Shown here piece after piece: positions 24,700 to 40,131 of a DNA stretch of 64,000 nucleotides. The notes under the pieces are model-generated. The model was not told the origin of the DNA. It saw nothing but the letters and a program-made list of their open reading frames with translations, and did no database searches. The translations under genes and the position numbers were made by a program. Every line of letters begins with the position of its first letter. Position 1 is the stretch's first letter. Source of the DNA: Daphnia carinata (lineage: Eukaryota); assembly GCF_022539665.2 (NCBI RefSeq), contig NC_081331.1:5766001-5830000 (forward strand), in the 5' to 3' direction.

Positions 24700-27168
24700 A
24701 TGACTAAAATGATTCCGGCTGTTCGACTAGCATCTCACGAAGTTGAGGAATTAACAAAAAACCGCTTTCGTGAAGCTCGCTTAAAACGTTTGCATCAGGT
24801 GAGATATAGAGTGAACAAATTTAGAACGTAAATAACCGGAATGTGTCGCTCAATGCAAATCGTAGGTACGCGAACAATCATCTCAGTTTGCAAGAAACAT
24901 TCGAGATGCAAGGGAGGAAAAAAAAGAAAAAATTTTAAAAGGTATGGAGATCAAGCTAAAGCAAAAAATTGATTCTGAGGTGAAGACCATGATTCAAGAA
25001 ATGGAAGAAGAAGTTTTAACCTGCTTGACAAAGTTTGGAGGTGCTCATGCACGAGCAAATCAAGAAAATGAAGAAAATTATGAGGCTATTCGTCTGGAAC
25101 AGTTAACCAAAAACCGAATGAAAGCAACACACCTAGGAAAAGATGCTTTAAAGGAACTCAAGTTACAGAGGCAACAGACATCTATTGAGCAAAATAAAAA
25201 AATATTGCAAAGGAAACAAGCTCTTGATACAGAGGCTGTGAGATCATCTTACATTGCATCTTTACCGCCTGTTCAAGTAGTTGCAGAAACTGTCAAAGAA
25301 GATCCACCTAAAGTCATCCGGTTTGACAAATCAACACTGTTTCAGACAGAATATGTGATTAAGCATAAAATTGTAGAAGCGGTTAGAAGCCCACAGGTAA
25401 TAAAATCCCCTGCTATTGCCTTAATATTATTATATATTACCCTTATAATTATTATTTCATTGCAATAATATTTCATTTACAGGATGCCAGACAAGCAGCT
25501 ATGCTGTCTGAAATGGAAACCAATGAGTTTGTAAAGAAAAAGGAGGAGAAAAAAATGGAAGATGATAAAAAAATCCTGAAAAGGGGAAAGGAAGCTTTGG
25601 TGAAGGAGAAAAGCCACAGCAACTATTTGCGACTCCTGGATGAATTGGACAAAATGGAACAGAAACCTGAAAAAGACTGGGACGTCGAGAGCACGTCGAC
25701 CACCATTGACCGATCGTCTTCTGAAACTTCATCTCGAGCTACTTCCCCTCCGACCTCTGCATGCCTTAGCACAGACCGCGGGAAAAGTCTACCTATTGAA
25801 AATCCTTCAGATGCTCCTCGGTCTCAGCCTACTGAAGAAGCTTGTCGGCAATGGTCATCAGATGAAGAAATGGTTCCAGTTAGAGATAGCACGGCAAGAA
25901 AGCTTATAGCCCCACCGAAGCTCAATGCCAAAGATACCCAACAGCTTAACGAAATCGGCCATTTACTTAAGGAACTTAAAGAGGAGCAGGAGCGATGGAT
26001 TGCTTCCGATCAGGCAAATATTCTTAAAGGAGTTGAATCAAAATCCACTTCAAGTTCTATTCGGAGCTCGTCTTCGACATCTGATGGCCTGGTTCTGTTT
26101 AGTGACGATGATCTGGAAATCCGTTTTGACGTAATGGAGAAATCGGATACTTCGTCTGACGATTCACGACTTCGCAAGAATCTGGCTAACGCATTGAATG
26201 CCATTCGGAAAGAGCGTATTCAGCTGGATAGCATCTTAGAATCTAGCAAGCCAACAAAACGCCCCGGAATTCTTCGCAGACCAAATTCTATGCCGGATTC
26301 TTGCGCAACATCAACTCCTTTGGCAAACAACAATGCCAAACAGGCAAGCACCGAAGATAATCGAAAACAAGTTCTGAAACATTACGTCCAAAAGCTGCTA
26401 GAAATGAAGAGTCAGGACGTCCGAGAACTCAGCATTAGTACTTCCTCGAGCAGCAATTCGACATCCACACCAAAATCACTAACAGGATCGATTCCGCCTT
26501 GTCGTCCGGCGCCTACTACGCCGGAAGGAGCTGAGTGGTCTACAAGGACAGATTCTTCGCCATCGGCTTACGATTCCCCGGCATCCAGTACGGAACAATC
26601 ATCGTCAAAGATCTCGAATGCCTCTTCGTTGCCCCTGGGAGCAGAAGCTTCCGCTTATCGAAGATCGGATGCTGGAAAATGGGATTCAAATGGACTCTTC
26701 ACTCTAGGACCATTGTTGGATGTGTATAACGACGTTTACCAAGCGTATAACCAACGCTTGCGCGTTATGGCAGAAGAACGACGCAGCCCTCAGCAGACTC
26801 CTCCATGGCAAGAGTCGTCAACCGAATCCTCTTTCATGTCGTTGACTTTATCGGCCACATCCACCGAGCGATCGACGGTCTCTAGGCAACGATCGTGTGG
26901 CTTCCCCGGAGATCGTTCCTCTTTCAGTGTCGGGCTCTCCCTTTCCTCTTCCTCGTCGGGTAATAGTAGCCGGGAACCAAGTTCTGTACAGGACTGGGAC
27001 AAAGTTTCAGTTAGGTCTAAAGTATGCACCTCGCTTAGCAGTACCATCTCTGACCTGAAATCGATCAATTTGTCCACCACAAGCAGCCAAGATGTTTCCA
27101 TGCCGGACGTTGATGAAGCACTAAAGCGCCTCGGTCTACCATCTATGCAGTCTGTCTTAAGACGCTGA
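24700..27168 (+). CDS. CEP295/Ana1-like centriole protein (exons 24700-24798, 24866-25396, 25483-27168)
   Basis: N-terminus RLKRLHQ|VREQ...FGGAHARANQENE...RKQALDTEAVRSSYIASLPP matches the conserved CEP295/Ana1 N-terminal region, followed by a Ser-rich tail. Introns join in frame. Confidence 0.75.
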
Positions 27169-28657
27169 AACACATTCCTTTTTTTGTTTCACGAAATTTA
27201 GAATTTTTTTTGTTTCAAATGAGTTCCGACAGCGAAATGCGATGTTTCTTCCATGTCAAAGAGTATTTTTACGTACATCTTTTTTTTTTTAGACAAACCG
27301 CATATGAGGCGGTTTTCACATTTCGTTGAAATTATTTATTCACAGTGTGTCATTTCAAATTCATCCATCAAAATTCACGTGTAAGTTTTGTTTTAGGAAA
27401 TGGGACCTGCAACGAAAATGGGAATAATGTAAAGTAGAGAGGCGGGCAAGGGGATGGGTAATGATATATGTACAAGACTCACAATGTGAAAAAATAAATT
27501 GGCACGCCTTTAAATGAAAAAAAAAAAAAAAAAAAAAAACACGGAGGAAATAATAAATTGATGTAAAAACCGCACGACGTTTGTGGTTACTGAGGGGGTG
27601 AAACATGACCATCACACATGTTGGAACTTACTCTTTTTTTTGTTTGTTTGGTTTTTCAAGACGAGTTCACGAAAATGACACAGACATGACAGCGGTGCAC
27701 TTAAAAAAGAGTCAATTCAATTCGACCCACTTATATACAAGTACGGACATATAAATTTAAATTTCTTTTTTTTTTTTTTTCTAAGTTTAAACAAGGGAAG
27801 AAGAATTTTTGTTACATAAAAAGAAAAAGGTCAATGGCGGTGAACATCTTCTCTGTGTGCGCAATTCACTTGCAACAGATGGCGATCGTCAACCGAATTG
27901 TATCTTGTGAAAATCTTGTTCCTCTCTTTCACACGCCGCTTCAATGCCGGCGAACGGGCGAGGGATTTTCGTATTTTAATTTTGTTTTTGTTTTTTTCGG
28001 GAAAAAAAAAGAAGTTACACGGCATGTGGCTCGCAATCTGCCAAGTTCCAAATTCCTTCTGTCGTCTCACCTTTTCATTGTTTCATTTGGCCGTGACTAG
28101 AGAACTAGGCGCCATTTTCAAAATAAAAAATTCGTGTTTCTCTTTCCTCTCACATCGCCTTCACATTTCGCTAAATACTTTTCTTTTTTTTTTTTTTTGC
28201 CCACAGACGTGGAACCGTCTTGCGATTGAAAAGAGGGGGTGGAATAAGCTAGCTCGCAATTAAGACATATCCTCATAATTACGGGATTCTTAAATAAACT
28301 TTTTACCCAAAGAGGGAAGGGGATCTCTGTTGGAACAACCAACGAAAAAAAAAAAAAAAGAGCGTGGTTCATTGAAAATGTACAATCCATTAAAAAAAAG
28401 GGTGGGGGGGGGGGGGGGGGGGGAAGGGGAGGCCGTGAAGACGGATTTGCGTCGCTGTGTGGGGATTGCGCGGACTTTGCGTCTCGCTCCTGAAACTTAT
28501 TTATATATTTATAAATGTATACCTGTCGCTTGCTTTGGCTCAGAAGAATAAAAAAAAAAATAATAATAATAATAAATGAAGCAAGTGAAACGATCACAAG
28601 CATGCGGGATTTAAAAAAGAAAAAAAAAGGAGGAGGGGGATTTGTCGTGAGACATTT

Positions 28658-31600
28658 TTAAAACATGTTGCCTAGCCACATGACGACGATAGGCACGAGA
28701 TAGCTCGTCAGTGCTTTGTTGGGGCTCAGCGGTTGTTGAGTGCTGTCAGCCGGCGGAGCGGACGAGGTGGTCGGTATTTTGTTCTCTGGTTTCGGAGCAA
28801 TTCCTCCCTGCGTGAATTCAATATCATCGTCTTCTTCTTCATCGTCGTCATCTGCATTGCCGGCATTATTCCGCGGAATGCTGTCGTATGGGTTGGGTTT
28901 GCTCTTGGGCTGTTGCCGGTTTGAATCGATTCCGGGGACGGCACTAGCGCCACCGCCACGGTTGGCGCTATTCGCGTTGTGTCCGCCGCTGGGATGTCTT
29001 CCTCGCTCGCGATCCTCGTCGTCATCTTCCTCCATCGAGTCGGCACCGTCTCCCGAACCACTTCCACTTCCGCTCCCGTTCGAGGAGGAATCTACTGGAA
29101 ACAATGGACAGCGATTGGTTGATGGAAAACAAATGGGGGGAGAAATGCAGCCGGATGTGTGCCTACCATCCCATTCAACGTCCATTCCATTGTAGGCATT
29201 CTCGAGCTTGTTGGTGATGAGTCGCAGCGTGAAAATTTGATCATTGACCAGAGTATTGGGCCGGCTGGCATCCAGCGTCACCTCGGGATTACTGGCCTGA
29301 GCCGCCACACCGTCAGCCATCAAGGCGGCAGAGTATCTGTTTATTAGTGAAAACAAAACAAAACACACACACATAAGCCCAATAGTTAAACATCACAAAT
29401 TTTCCAGTCCGTTTGATTACAAACAAAACAGAAACACCAGAAGCAAATATGTAAAAATAAACAAAATAACGGCATACCGAGCTCGTTCGCTGCCATTCCA
29501 GCAGTCTCCTTCGGCACTGCCAGCCAATGGTGCGAGTTTCTCATGGGCGCAAATCGTCTGCGGCAGTTTGGACCAATAACCACGACTAGCTTTGACCTGC
29601 CATGCAAAGGAAACACAGAGCATAGAGAGAAAGTTGTAATACAAATGGATACAGTCGAGGAGGAGAGCGGGGGGACGGAGGAGGGTGCTAGAATACACTA
29701 AGATGGGGAAGGTCTCTCTTTGACAGACTTATCGCTTTAATCTTCTACGAGCCGTGGAACAAACCGAGAGCGACGAACCCTCTCGGTATGTACAAGATGC
29801 TTTGAAAAAAAATCCGGTTGACTGAATCCAACCAGAGATGTCGCGCCAATAAAAGAATGAGGTGGCAAAGAGCGTTTCCACTTAGGTAACAGGAAAAATC
29901 AGGGGACAGTGGTTAGCGGGGATATTTTTTGTAAGAAACAAGAGAGAAAAGCTTTAAAAAAGAAAACGAGGCACACCTTCTGTTTAATGTCACGAACGAG
30001 GCGATCGAGTGACGTGCCAGCTGCCGTGGTCGGCCGAGCGCTGGCGCCGCCAGTGCCACCACTGCCAGCCCGATCGAATTTCACGCTTTCGAAATTGATC
30101 TCTGACGAGGGTGCACTACGTTTGCCGAGCCGTGGCTGTCCGCATCCCTTAAACACCTAAAAGAAAAAATGAAAAGGAAATAATGTACTCAAGTTATTCG
30201 AATAACACAACAACAATATCAATATGGGTAACGAAACTTGATGCCCGTCTCTCGCAACACCCACAGACGGAATTACATGGCGACATAGCACGAGGCCATT
30301 TTTGAATTTTTTTTTTTTTTCGACCCGTCATCAACACCACAATGTCGCTTAATGGCAGCTGACGTGACTTTTCAATCTTTTCATCCCCCCTCCTGAAATG
30401 CTGGGCGCAATTTTCTCTTTTGATGCTCACGGTAGAAGGGGAGGGAAAACGGACAACTGTGAACTGCCGAATCATTGCCTCCCCTCCGTTCCAAAAAGAA
30501 CGAAGAGACAGATAAAAAAAAAAAAAAAAAAAAAAAAAAACAAGTTGGCGAAGCGCTGGATAAACTCTCCCAACAAGCCACATCATTCGAGAACGCATCG
30601 ATATAAAAATCATTTCAAAAATGAATAGATTGTTAAATGTTTAGTGGGGGTACGTACCTTTTGAGAAATCTCGTAGCCATTCTCTTGAAAATTCATAATG
30701 GCGTCAGAAATTTTGATATCGATCGGATCGACAACCAGTTCAATATTGAAAGGGCCCAAGAGCCGGTCGGCCACTTTCATCAGAGCATCTACATGGTTAG
30801 AAAAGACAAGATTGACATGTCAAAAAAAAAAATCAAATTCAATTTTTCAAGAGATCAAAAGGACAGGTCGTACCGACATAGTTGTCCCATTCGACTCCGA
30901 GATCTGCGTGATACGCCAGACATCCTTTAAAGACGTTGAGGCAGTAGTGGCCGCACGGTTTGACCTCGCCGAGTCCTTGACAGAGCGGGCACATGGACAT
31001 ACGCATCACGGCACGCATACAGTCGCCACTCGCTTCCATCTGTTACAATACACACACACACACACGCAAAATTATTTTTAACTTTCGTTGATAGAACCGA
31101 TTAAGATTTTCATATTTTTCTTTCTGCTCTAAAATAAAAGCGTGAATCGTTAAAACAGAAAAAAACAAGCAGAGTCCGGTTTAACGGGTTACGTAAGCAC
31201 GACAAACAAGTCATTTTTCTTTCTAGTCTGTACCGATTGCATTTTGGCGATGACGTCGCGTCCGACATTGAGCGCTTGCGTGAATGTCCTGGTAGCAACG
31301 AACGAGCGTTTCACCTGAACCGACAACTTTTTAGGGACGTCGCCGAATGGCTTCAATTCCTTCATGTGCGTGTTGACGCAGATCAAATACCTTTGTTTCA
31401 AATGATAGGTTAGGGTGGCACAAGAAGGGGGGGGGAATTGAAATGTCATAGATGTTGTCATTATTCAAAGTTTAAATTACTGTGTAACAAGTATTTAATA
31501 TATTTAGGTAGTTATTGTGGTTTCGTGTGCTTTAAAAAAAAATAATGAATGTATATTTACTTGTCGTCAAATCGGAATTGGGCGTTCAGAACGGTAAACA

Positions 31601-34600
31601 TGCGCTGGTACAGGGCTGTGAAGAAGTGATCCATAGCTTCTTCTAGGTCGAGTTTGCCTCGAGCGTAGTAGTCCTCGAGATCGCGGAAGAGATCGGTAAA
31701 GACCTCGCTGTTCTGCTCGTAGAGGATGCCATAAGTCCGTTTGAACATGTCGTGGAAGTCGCGCTTGGAGTTTTCCAGCAGTTCACGGAAGAATTCTAGA
31801 CTTTTTCAAAGGAAAAAAAAAAAATTAAATACAAAAAATCAAAGCACAAACACGTACTCATAATATTCCCCCATTAACATTCTAAGCTTCTCACTTTTTT
31901 CTTTACAAAAAAAAGAAGTTCTACATGTTTTATTCATTCAACGCGGACGTATAATCAGGCATCATTTGTCAGCATATGGACTGTCAGAAAGCTGAAACAT
32001 TCGTCTTCCACCACAAAAAAAAAAAACGAGATCCCCATTGAAAACAGAAAATCCTCGCCTGGATTTCAACCAACGCGCTAAACTCGCACACGACAACAGT
32101 GTGTGGACAGTGAATTATATCAAAAAGACGATATGAATGGTTGGCGGTTACACATGGCGGGCATAATCCGCTTGGGCGGCTCGACCCTTTCTTTTTACTT
32201 CCTACACCGATGGCCGGGAGCTCTGTCGAATTGCTTACATTCCCTTTGGCCAGTGAGTTTGCCTCTTCAGAAAAAAGAACTCCATGGATGTTCCCGAAGG
32301 CAGTAGCGGGCGTGAACGTAGAGAGGGGAAAAAGAAATAAGCGGGACACAAAGACGCTGTAGGCACCGATCGTTCGATGAGGCTCTCTTTCTTTTTCTTC
32401 GCCTCTAATGGTTTGTATAACCCTGGTAACAATTTTCTTAGACTTTAATTTTTTTTTTTTTTTAAAGGCAAACCAACCAACATCTGAAAAGAGAGACCCT
32501 GTGTGGATCAACGACACAGGAAGGGAACGCTGCGGTGTATAACATAAATATTTAAATCGTAGAGGGGAAGTTGTACACACGAAAGAGAGTCTGGCTGACA
32601 CTCGGAGGAGGAACGACTGGAACGTATTTTTTGGGAAGGGAGACGAAAGATGGAAAAAAGGGACGTATGGTGGAGGGGAATAAACACGTGTCACGTGACA
32701 TCAATCTGGCCGAGGCAGGCCACGAGAGAGAGGCTCAAAAGAAGAAGAAAAAAGCCGCCATCTTGGCATCTTCTGGAATAACATTTCGTCTCATTCCAAA
32801 AAAAAAAAATGAAAAGGATTTTTTTTTTTCCTGGATTGTTCGGCCCAGAAGATGAAGTCTACATCATCTGAAATAAGCCCCAGCTCGGTCCATTTATACG
32901 TTTATCTCGGATGAGAATCAATCATATTTTTCAAACGTTAAAGAAAAAAGGGGGAAAAGAACGGTCATCAAGAGCCAAGCGGGTCTGTAATAAACGAACA
33001 TAATCACGTCAGACAACAACAAACACATAAGCAGACAAGCATTCCTGCAGACATTTATGGCCCGAAATTGAACCGTATAGTTTCTACTGCCATAAAAAAG
33101 AGAAGAAAAGAAAAAGGCGGAATGGAATCGAAATGTCGTTCAAAGTGAAATTTCGAATCTCTTGATTAACACAAAAATCCATTTTTCCTTACATTGCTCT
33201 AAACAACAAGAGAAACCGAGAGAGAGAGAGAGAGATTTGAAAAAAAAAAAAAAAAAAAAACATTGCTAAAAAGAGAAGGCGCTAGCCCCAGACGGGCCAC
33301 TGATCACGTGCTGGCCTCGTCTTGCCCTTGTATAGCCATCACGAAAGGAACGAGAGACTCGAGAAGAAGAAAAGACGATAGGGTCGGGCATAACGTATGT
33401 GTGTTGTCGGGACAAGAGCAACGAAACATAGGGAAGTGGAATTAGAAATACCGCGAAAAAGATGCTCCCATGTAAGATTCAACCAAGACGGGATTCTTCT
33501 TACTATATTTTTTATGTTTTGTTTAGCAGACACGCCCGAAAAACTTCCAAACCAGATACCCTTATTGTGTGTGTGTGTACGCCATGAGTCACAACAATTC
33601 TTTCTCTCCCTTCCATAAAGAAGAAAAGAATTTCCCATTTTGATTTATTTACATTTTTATCCATCATTTCCCCAATGTTTTTCTTTACTGGGGTCGACTG
33701 TTGCACTACAGAAAACGGTACGCCCGTTTGTGTGTAAACACAAGATCCCAGCATCAATATCTCTCAGCCTCTGTCACACAGACACACATGAAAACACCTG
33801 TTATTACGTTACAGTGTCAAAAAAAAAAGAAGAGAGTTATCTTATCTGTGTGTTGAAGACAAAAGAAAACGTTAAGCAACTTGGTGTAAAAAAAAAAAAA
33901 GAGTCAATATTATTCCTAGAAAAGAAGGTGACTATTGACCAAACATTGTGGCCGTTGTAAAGCAGCAACGAGCTGTACACCATTCGGGAGGTTACATCCC
34001 CGCCAGGTATGACAGAAACACAACGAGATGAGAACAGTTAAAGTGTGGCCAGTGGGAAACTGGAAATACGTCATTTGAATATTTTTTTTTCCACATTTAT
34101 CTTTTAGATTTTTTTTTGTTTTTCGTTAACTACGAAGTGATTGAATAGTAGCTCTCCTCCCCACTTTGGAAATCTCAAACAAGGAAAATGATGGATGAAT
34201 GGAGGGCGCGTCCTGAGAATGTCGACTTCCAAATGAATATTCTCCACACACACACACACACAAAAGGAAAGTATAAACAAGTTCTAATTAAGGGGCTGAG
34301 ACCAAATTGACATACACACACATACTAAGCGCATTTAAAGCTGTACGGAGGGGCAAAGAAAAAGACGTAAAAGAAGAATAAACATTTCCATTTACGAAGT
34401 GGTACGCAATCGACGCAAAGAATTCCCGCCGCAAAATCATAACTAACTATAAAAAAAAAAATAACCATAACGTGTTTTAATGTTAAAACATGTGCATCAA
34501 CATCATTAGATCGAAGCACCTTTTTTTTCCCCGAAAAATTTAATGAAAATGAACGATAGTCACGCGACATGTTTCACATTCCCAAACGCAAGACAGCGCC

Positions 34601-37600
34601 CCTTATTCTTTTTTTTGGTATGTTTATGATGATTATTATTGCTTTTCGTCCAGTCAATAAAAAAAAAAGAAGAAGAAGAAAAGAAAATGATTACCGTCGA
34701 ATTTCTTGGCGCGGGCGGTGAAGGTAGCCGACAGAGAAGAAGTGGCGTTGCGCACCACTAGCTCGTACTGCTGGCGGCTGGCATCGTTCAGCCGGTTCTC
34801 CATGGCCTCGGTACAGCATGTCGGCGATGACCCGGCTGCAGTGGCGGCGCCTCTCGATCCGCAAAACCGCAACTGATGACTTCCTATACACACACAGAGA
34901 GAAAAGAACACACGAATTAGCTAGACGTAACACGAGGCACAAAAAGGGGAAATATAGCAGCAATTTTGACGCTAAAAAATAAAGAATAAGGACAAATGAG
35001 TCAGATAAATGCTTTCTCTCCTCGTTTTCACCATCGGCATTAGCGTGGCTCTTTGAGCCGTTTAACAACGATGATTTACAGTGGTGAAAACAAGGCAGTT
35101 ATGGACGAAAAAAAAAAAAAACTCGACGGACGGGACTTTCTATTCTTTTTCGGCTTCATTCAACAACAAAAAAAAAAAAACTTCCCTCCTTTCTAAATTT
35201 TTTTTTCTTACAAAGGCGGCAAAAGAGACAATGGGAGGAAACCAGCGTGTATAACGAGATTAATTAGCGCCTGCACCCAAAACACCTTATTTTCTCACAC
35301 ACACACACATCCACAAGGTGCCAGTGAATGTACACACACAAGAGAAATACATCGATACCACGGACACTCTTTCGTTGTTCGATGGGCGAATATTTTAAGT
35401 GACACTAGGTGGCGTCCAAGTAAATAATATTAAATTTTAAGGAATCTAAAATTAAAACAAAACAAAAAAGGAGGCCTCCCGCTCCCGGCCGTGATCGGTT
35501 TCCAATTGCTCGAGGCATCCGACCGCTTCGAATGGTTTTGCTTTGGTGCGATACGCTGGTTCCCTTCTTTCTTTGTATCCGAGATAAAAACAAAATACAG
35601 TTACTCTTGTCTAGAATTAGAAATAGCAACAACATCAACAACAACAACAACAGAGGTAACTTTGTTTTCTCGTTTGAGAGAAACCAATAGACAGTTCAAC
35701 AAAAATCGACTTGAGACCAAAAACAACCATATGGAGCGGCGTGATAAGAGGCCGCCGCCGTTAAATGCGGGCCAGCGGTCCCGTCTATTAAAGGGACCGA
35801 AAAAGGGGGGTAGAGAAGGAAAATGAAAGGCCCCGCGCGCCATTTTTCTTCTGTATACGGTCATCATCATCAGAAATGAGAGAATGGAATTTGAATGGAC
35901 TGTGGGCCGCGCGATTGCTCCCATCTTCCAATTTATGGGAGCGCGTGTCTGCGGACGCGGACGCAACATGTTGTCTATTACACACTCACATATGCTCAAC
36001 ATCATTTTCAGAAATAAAAAACAAAACAAAAAAACATTGATGATGAATCCAGACTGACCTACATGCATTCGATATTTATTTTCTAAATTTTTCTTTTTTT
36101 TTTTTCTTCCTTTGGTTGGAACGGACTCTAACGTCCATTCGATGCCAGCGTGGCGTGTTCGTGAAAATCGATTATTTCCCTACGTGGCAACTTCACACTA
36201 TCGATCCCTTTCTTTTTTGTCTTCAGGTCCAATTTTTAAGGAACATTTCCATTCGAATAAATGCACTTGTGTTATTGCTTCCGTGTTCAATCGGCAAGAG
36301 CGACCCATCAACTTGATGCGGGGTACAGTAATCCAATTAACAAAGTCGATTTTTTCACGACGATGCAATTGAAGAAACGAGAAATCTACGCCCCGGATTT
36401 ATTACAAGTAAGTCTTCCTTCTAACACTTTTGTTTTCTTCCCTATTTTGAATTCATTTTAGTTAGTCAAAGAGACGATTTGGGGGGGGGGGGGTTGCGTG
36501 TGTACAAAAAGAAGAGGGGGAAATGTCGTATCAGCTGTATAATGACTTCCGGAAATTCAGGCTCATGCCAGACATATCGGAAGTGACCTCCCCCACCACG
36601 ACCATATCCCCCCCCCCCTTTCCTTAACCTTTTTTTTTTAACTTCTAAACAAGACGACGAAAGAAAGGAAGAAAATTGTTTTAAGTTGTGCGACAAACAT
36701 TTTCGTCTAAGCATTTTTACATTTAGAGATGCGGAATGAGTTTGAGTCGATTAAAATGTCAAAAAGAGACGAACAGCTCCCCGAAAAAAAGGGCCCATTC
36801 TGTTCGGCCACCTCTTGAAAAAAAAAAAACAATAAAGAATCGGCCAAGTTGACAGGAGCGGTCGAATCCCCCCCCCCCCAAAAAAAAGGATCAAAACATC
36901 TACGGGGATTTCAACATATTTTTTGTTTTTTTTTTTTCCTCAAAACATCTGCTCTTTGACACACGCATATAAAATACACACGCACTATCCGGAGTATTTA
37001 TTATAGAGCTAGCTATTAGATCCCCTCTCTCTTGAAGATGGATGCGATTGGTATATTGATGTTAGTGTGTGCTGGGGGGGATTCCTACTTCATACTTATT
37101 TTTTCATTTTTTTTTTTATGATTTCTTCTTTAAAAAGTCCGTTTTTTACTTTGTCGTCTTGGTGCGTGTGTGTGGGAAAGCCTCTGTAGAGACCAATAAG
37201 GGTTTTTGGAACGCGTTCCGGAATATATATATATACACATCCTATGCATCAAGAAAAAAGGAAGAGGGGGAGAGAGATCGAGGGAATGAAGAAATAAGGA
37301 TTTTCTTTTTTTTTTTTTTTTCAAAGAAGGTGATAGAGAGACAGGGGAATGTACTTGTATTCCTCGGTGGTATTGCAATATAGGCCTATTTTCCCAGAGA
37401 CATTCCAAGCATTTGCCCTCCCTCCTCATTCCGGAACGAAATTCGAAACGACAGTCTATATATATTGGGTGGGATAGCAATTGAACCCAAAAAGGTATGA
37501 CTATAGTATTTTATGTATGTCCCCGAACTGTCTTTTGATTGCGACCCACCCAAAAAGAAAATTGTGTTTTATACATTTTACCCTAAAAAAAATTTAATAG

Positions 37601-40096
37601 ACATACGATGGTTAAATCAACTGAAACTGCTATATACAATGAGAGGTTGCATTCAGAGGCCACACACACAAGTCCTTTTTTTTTCCCCTCTACACATGTA
37701 TATATAGCCTGTGTATACACTCTAGAGCCCTCAATAAGGTAGAGGGAGTATGGGAGACTGAAAGAAAAGGCGAGGTTATTGATTAGAGAAGAAACACGAG
37801 GGGTGAAGCAGTCGGGGGGTGATTCACCGAGGGTGTAGGCTCTTGTGTTGGGTAAGAAAAAGTTCTAGGACTGACCCTCCATTTTTGGGAAGACTGTTAC
37901 AAACGACTGGACAGAAACAAACACGGGAGAAGAAGGAAAAAAAAAACCTTGGCTTGCACACACACACACACAAGAGAAAAGATGAAAACGAACAGATAAA
38001 CCATCGCCTGCCCCCCCCGTTGAAGAGAAATGCGCTTCAAACAAATGTTGGACTGTTATTTCTCTACTCTGCAACATTCCTTCCGTCACCAGGCTCCACA
38101 AACGTTCATTAATAAATGTCTTCAGGAATCAAAACGACTCAATGATTTTACGAGGAAAAGGAAAAGAAAAAATTGTGTCACTCTTGCCGGTTGTGCCATT
38201 CTTTTTTCGAATCATTCCAAAGGTTGTGATGTGTTTATGTTTACGATGTCAACAAATGCAGCCGACGCGTGTCAATGACAGATTCCCAATTATTTTTTGG
38301 TAGAAAATTGAAGGACCGACTGCTGTGCCAGACGGGCCAGCCCAGTCAATAGAGGAACGCGCGTCTCTTTCTTTGACATGACGGACGGTCAAAATGGATT
38401 TTCTTTTCTGAAAGAACACACAGACACACATACAAAAAAAAAAAGAAGGGAGGTAACCATCGAATTCGGGCGTTGCTCGAGTTCTCCGGTGAGTATGCGT
38501 GTTTTCTATTCATCGTTTAGGAATTTCGTTGGGACTTCTATTTTCGGACATGGACCGGTTAGGACCCCCCGAAACGAAATGAAAACGAATCGTCGTAGTT
38601 TAAAAAGAAAAAGAAAAGAAAAAAAAAAAAGGAATTGTGAGGCTAACGTAATGTTGACACGGACAGGGCCCCCCACTATCAGCTGGGCCAGCTGCTCGCA
38701 TCGTACACTCGCAAATGGACTATGGGGGTCGATCAAACAAGGCCATATCAATGTCTTTGTAGAATAAACTAACACGAACATATTTTTAGCTCTTTTCTCG
38801 CTCCTATTGCTATCGTCTCTTTTCTTGCTCTGCATGTCTTCCTGTCTGTGTGTACGCGTAATGTAGACAGACATGACGGACACACGGATGGGCATCCAAA
38901 CAAGTCTTGAAGCTCGTGTTAAGACTTAAACTTGACTAGCGTCTCTTGTCTGCCGCAAAAGTTTAACGCGTACAAAAAAGGAACTTGTGTTCCAAAACAG
39001 AAACACAAAGTTCTGTCAGTCAAGAGTTTGGACATTTTTCAACAATAAAAAAAAAGAAAAATTCTATTTTCGAAGATTAGATACTACCCCCTCTCAGCTG
39101 CGGATGATGCCCTCTTAACACTGTGCAATCAACGCTCTCGATAAACAAATACGTGGAACAAATCCAGACGCTAGAGAAAAACAACAAACCGTTTTACACG
39201 AGACAAAAGAAAATTTGGGAAAAGAATTTCTACCACCTGGTAGATAAAAAAGAAAAACAACATTTATCTAAGAAAGAAAAAAGAAAAACCAGCTACTCAA
39301 CGTAATAAGAAGGAAAGAAAAGGTGATGTCAGACTTTTTTTGGAAGGTCGGCGCCACATTGATCAAATGTCCCCCCCCCCTTCTCCTTTCCCACATTTTC
39401 ATTCGACAGGTCTGAAGAGAGACGATCGAAAATCGTTTAATTATTCATAATACTCGCAGCGGCTTAGAGAAACACTGTTAAATACAAAACGAGCTAGTAG
39501 GAGCCTCATCCATATTGAAATGAGAGAGCCCTTTTTTCTTTCTCTCTCTCTCAAGGAAGGTTCATATTTCTGGTGTTTGTTTTATAACGTTGGCTGTGTG
39601 GTTATCGACCAACAGCTTTCGCCTCCTTCCTCATTATGAATACAGTGAAACAAGACTCGTTCTTTTTTTTTTTCTGACAGCGAGAACCGCAGGGAAAATG
39701 GGAATTCAGCCAATTTGTAATCAGCGTTTGCACCGCAATTGCAGCAGACGGGCCATGTATCTGATCGGACATTGGTTTCGTCATTAGTACGAATGGATGT
39801 CGACACAAAAACAAGCGTTTTCAAACAAGACGAGACACAAAGCTTTCTTTTCTCTCATCAGTTCAATTGCAAAGGAGGAAAATGCTCATTAACCCCTGTT
39901 GATTTTCAATGTCGTGAATCCTTTTTTTTTTTTTTTTACGTCGTCCAACCCCCCACTACTAGACCAAACTACTTTCAACACACAAAGTTTCTCACTCTCT
40001 CCATGTGGTTCTTCCTTTCTACCATTTTGTTTCATTAAGTGGAAACTTCCTAAACGAAATGACTCTGGATGAAAAGACAGAAGTTACCAAAAACAA

Positions 40097-40131
<35 letters not shown>

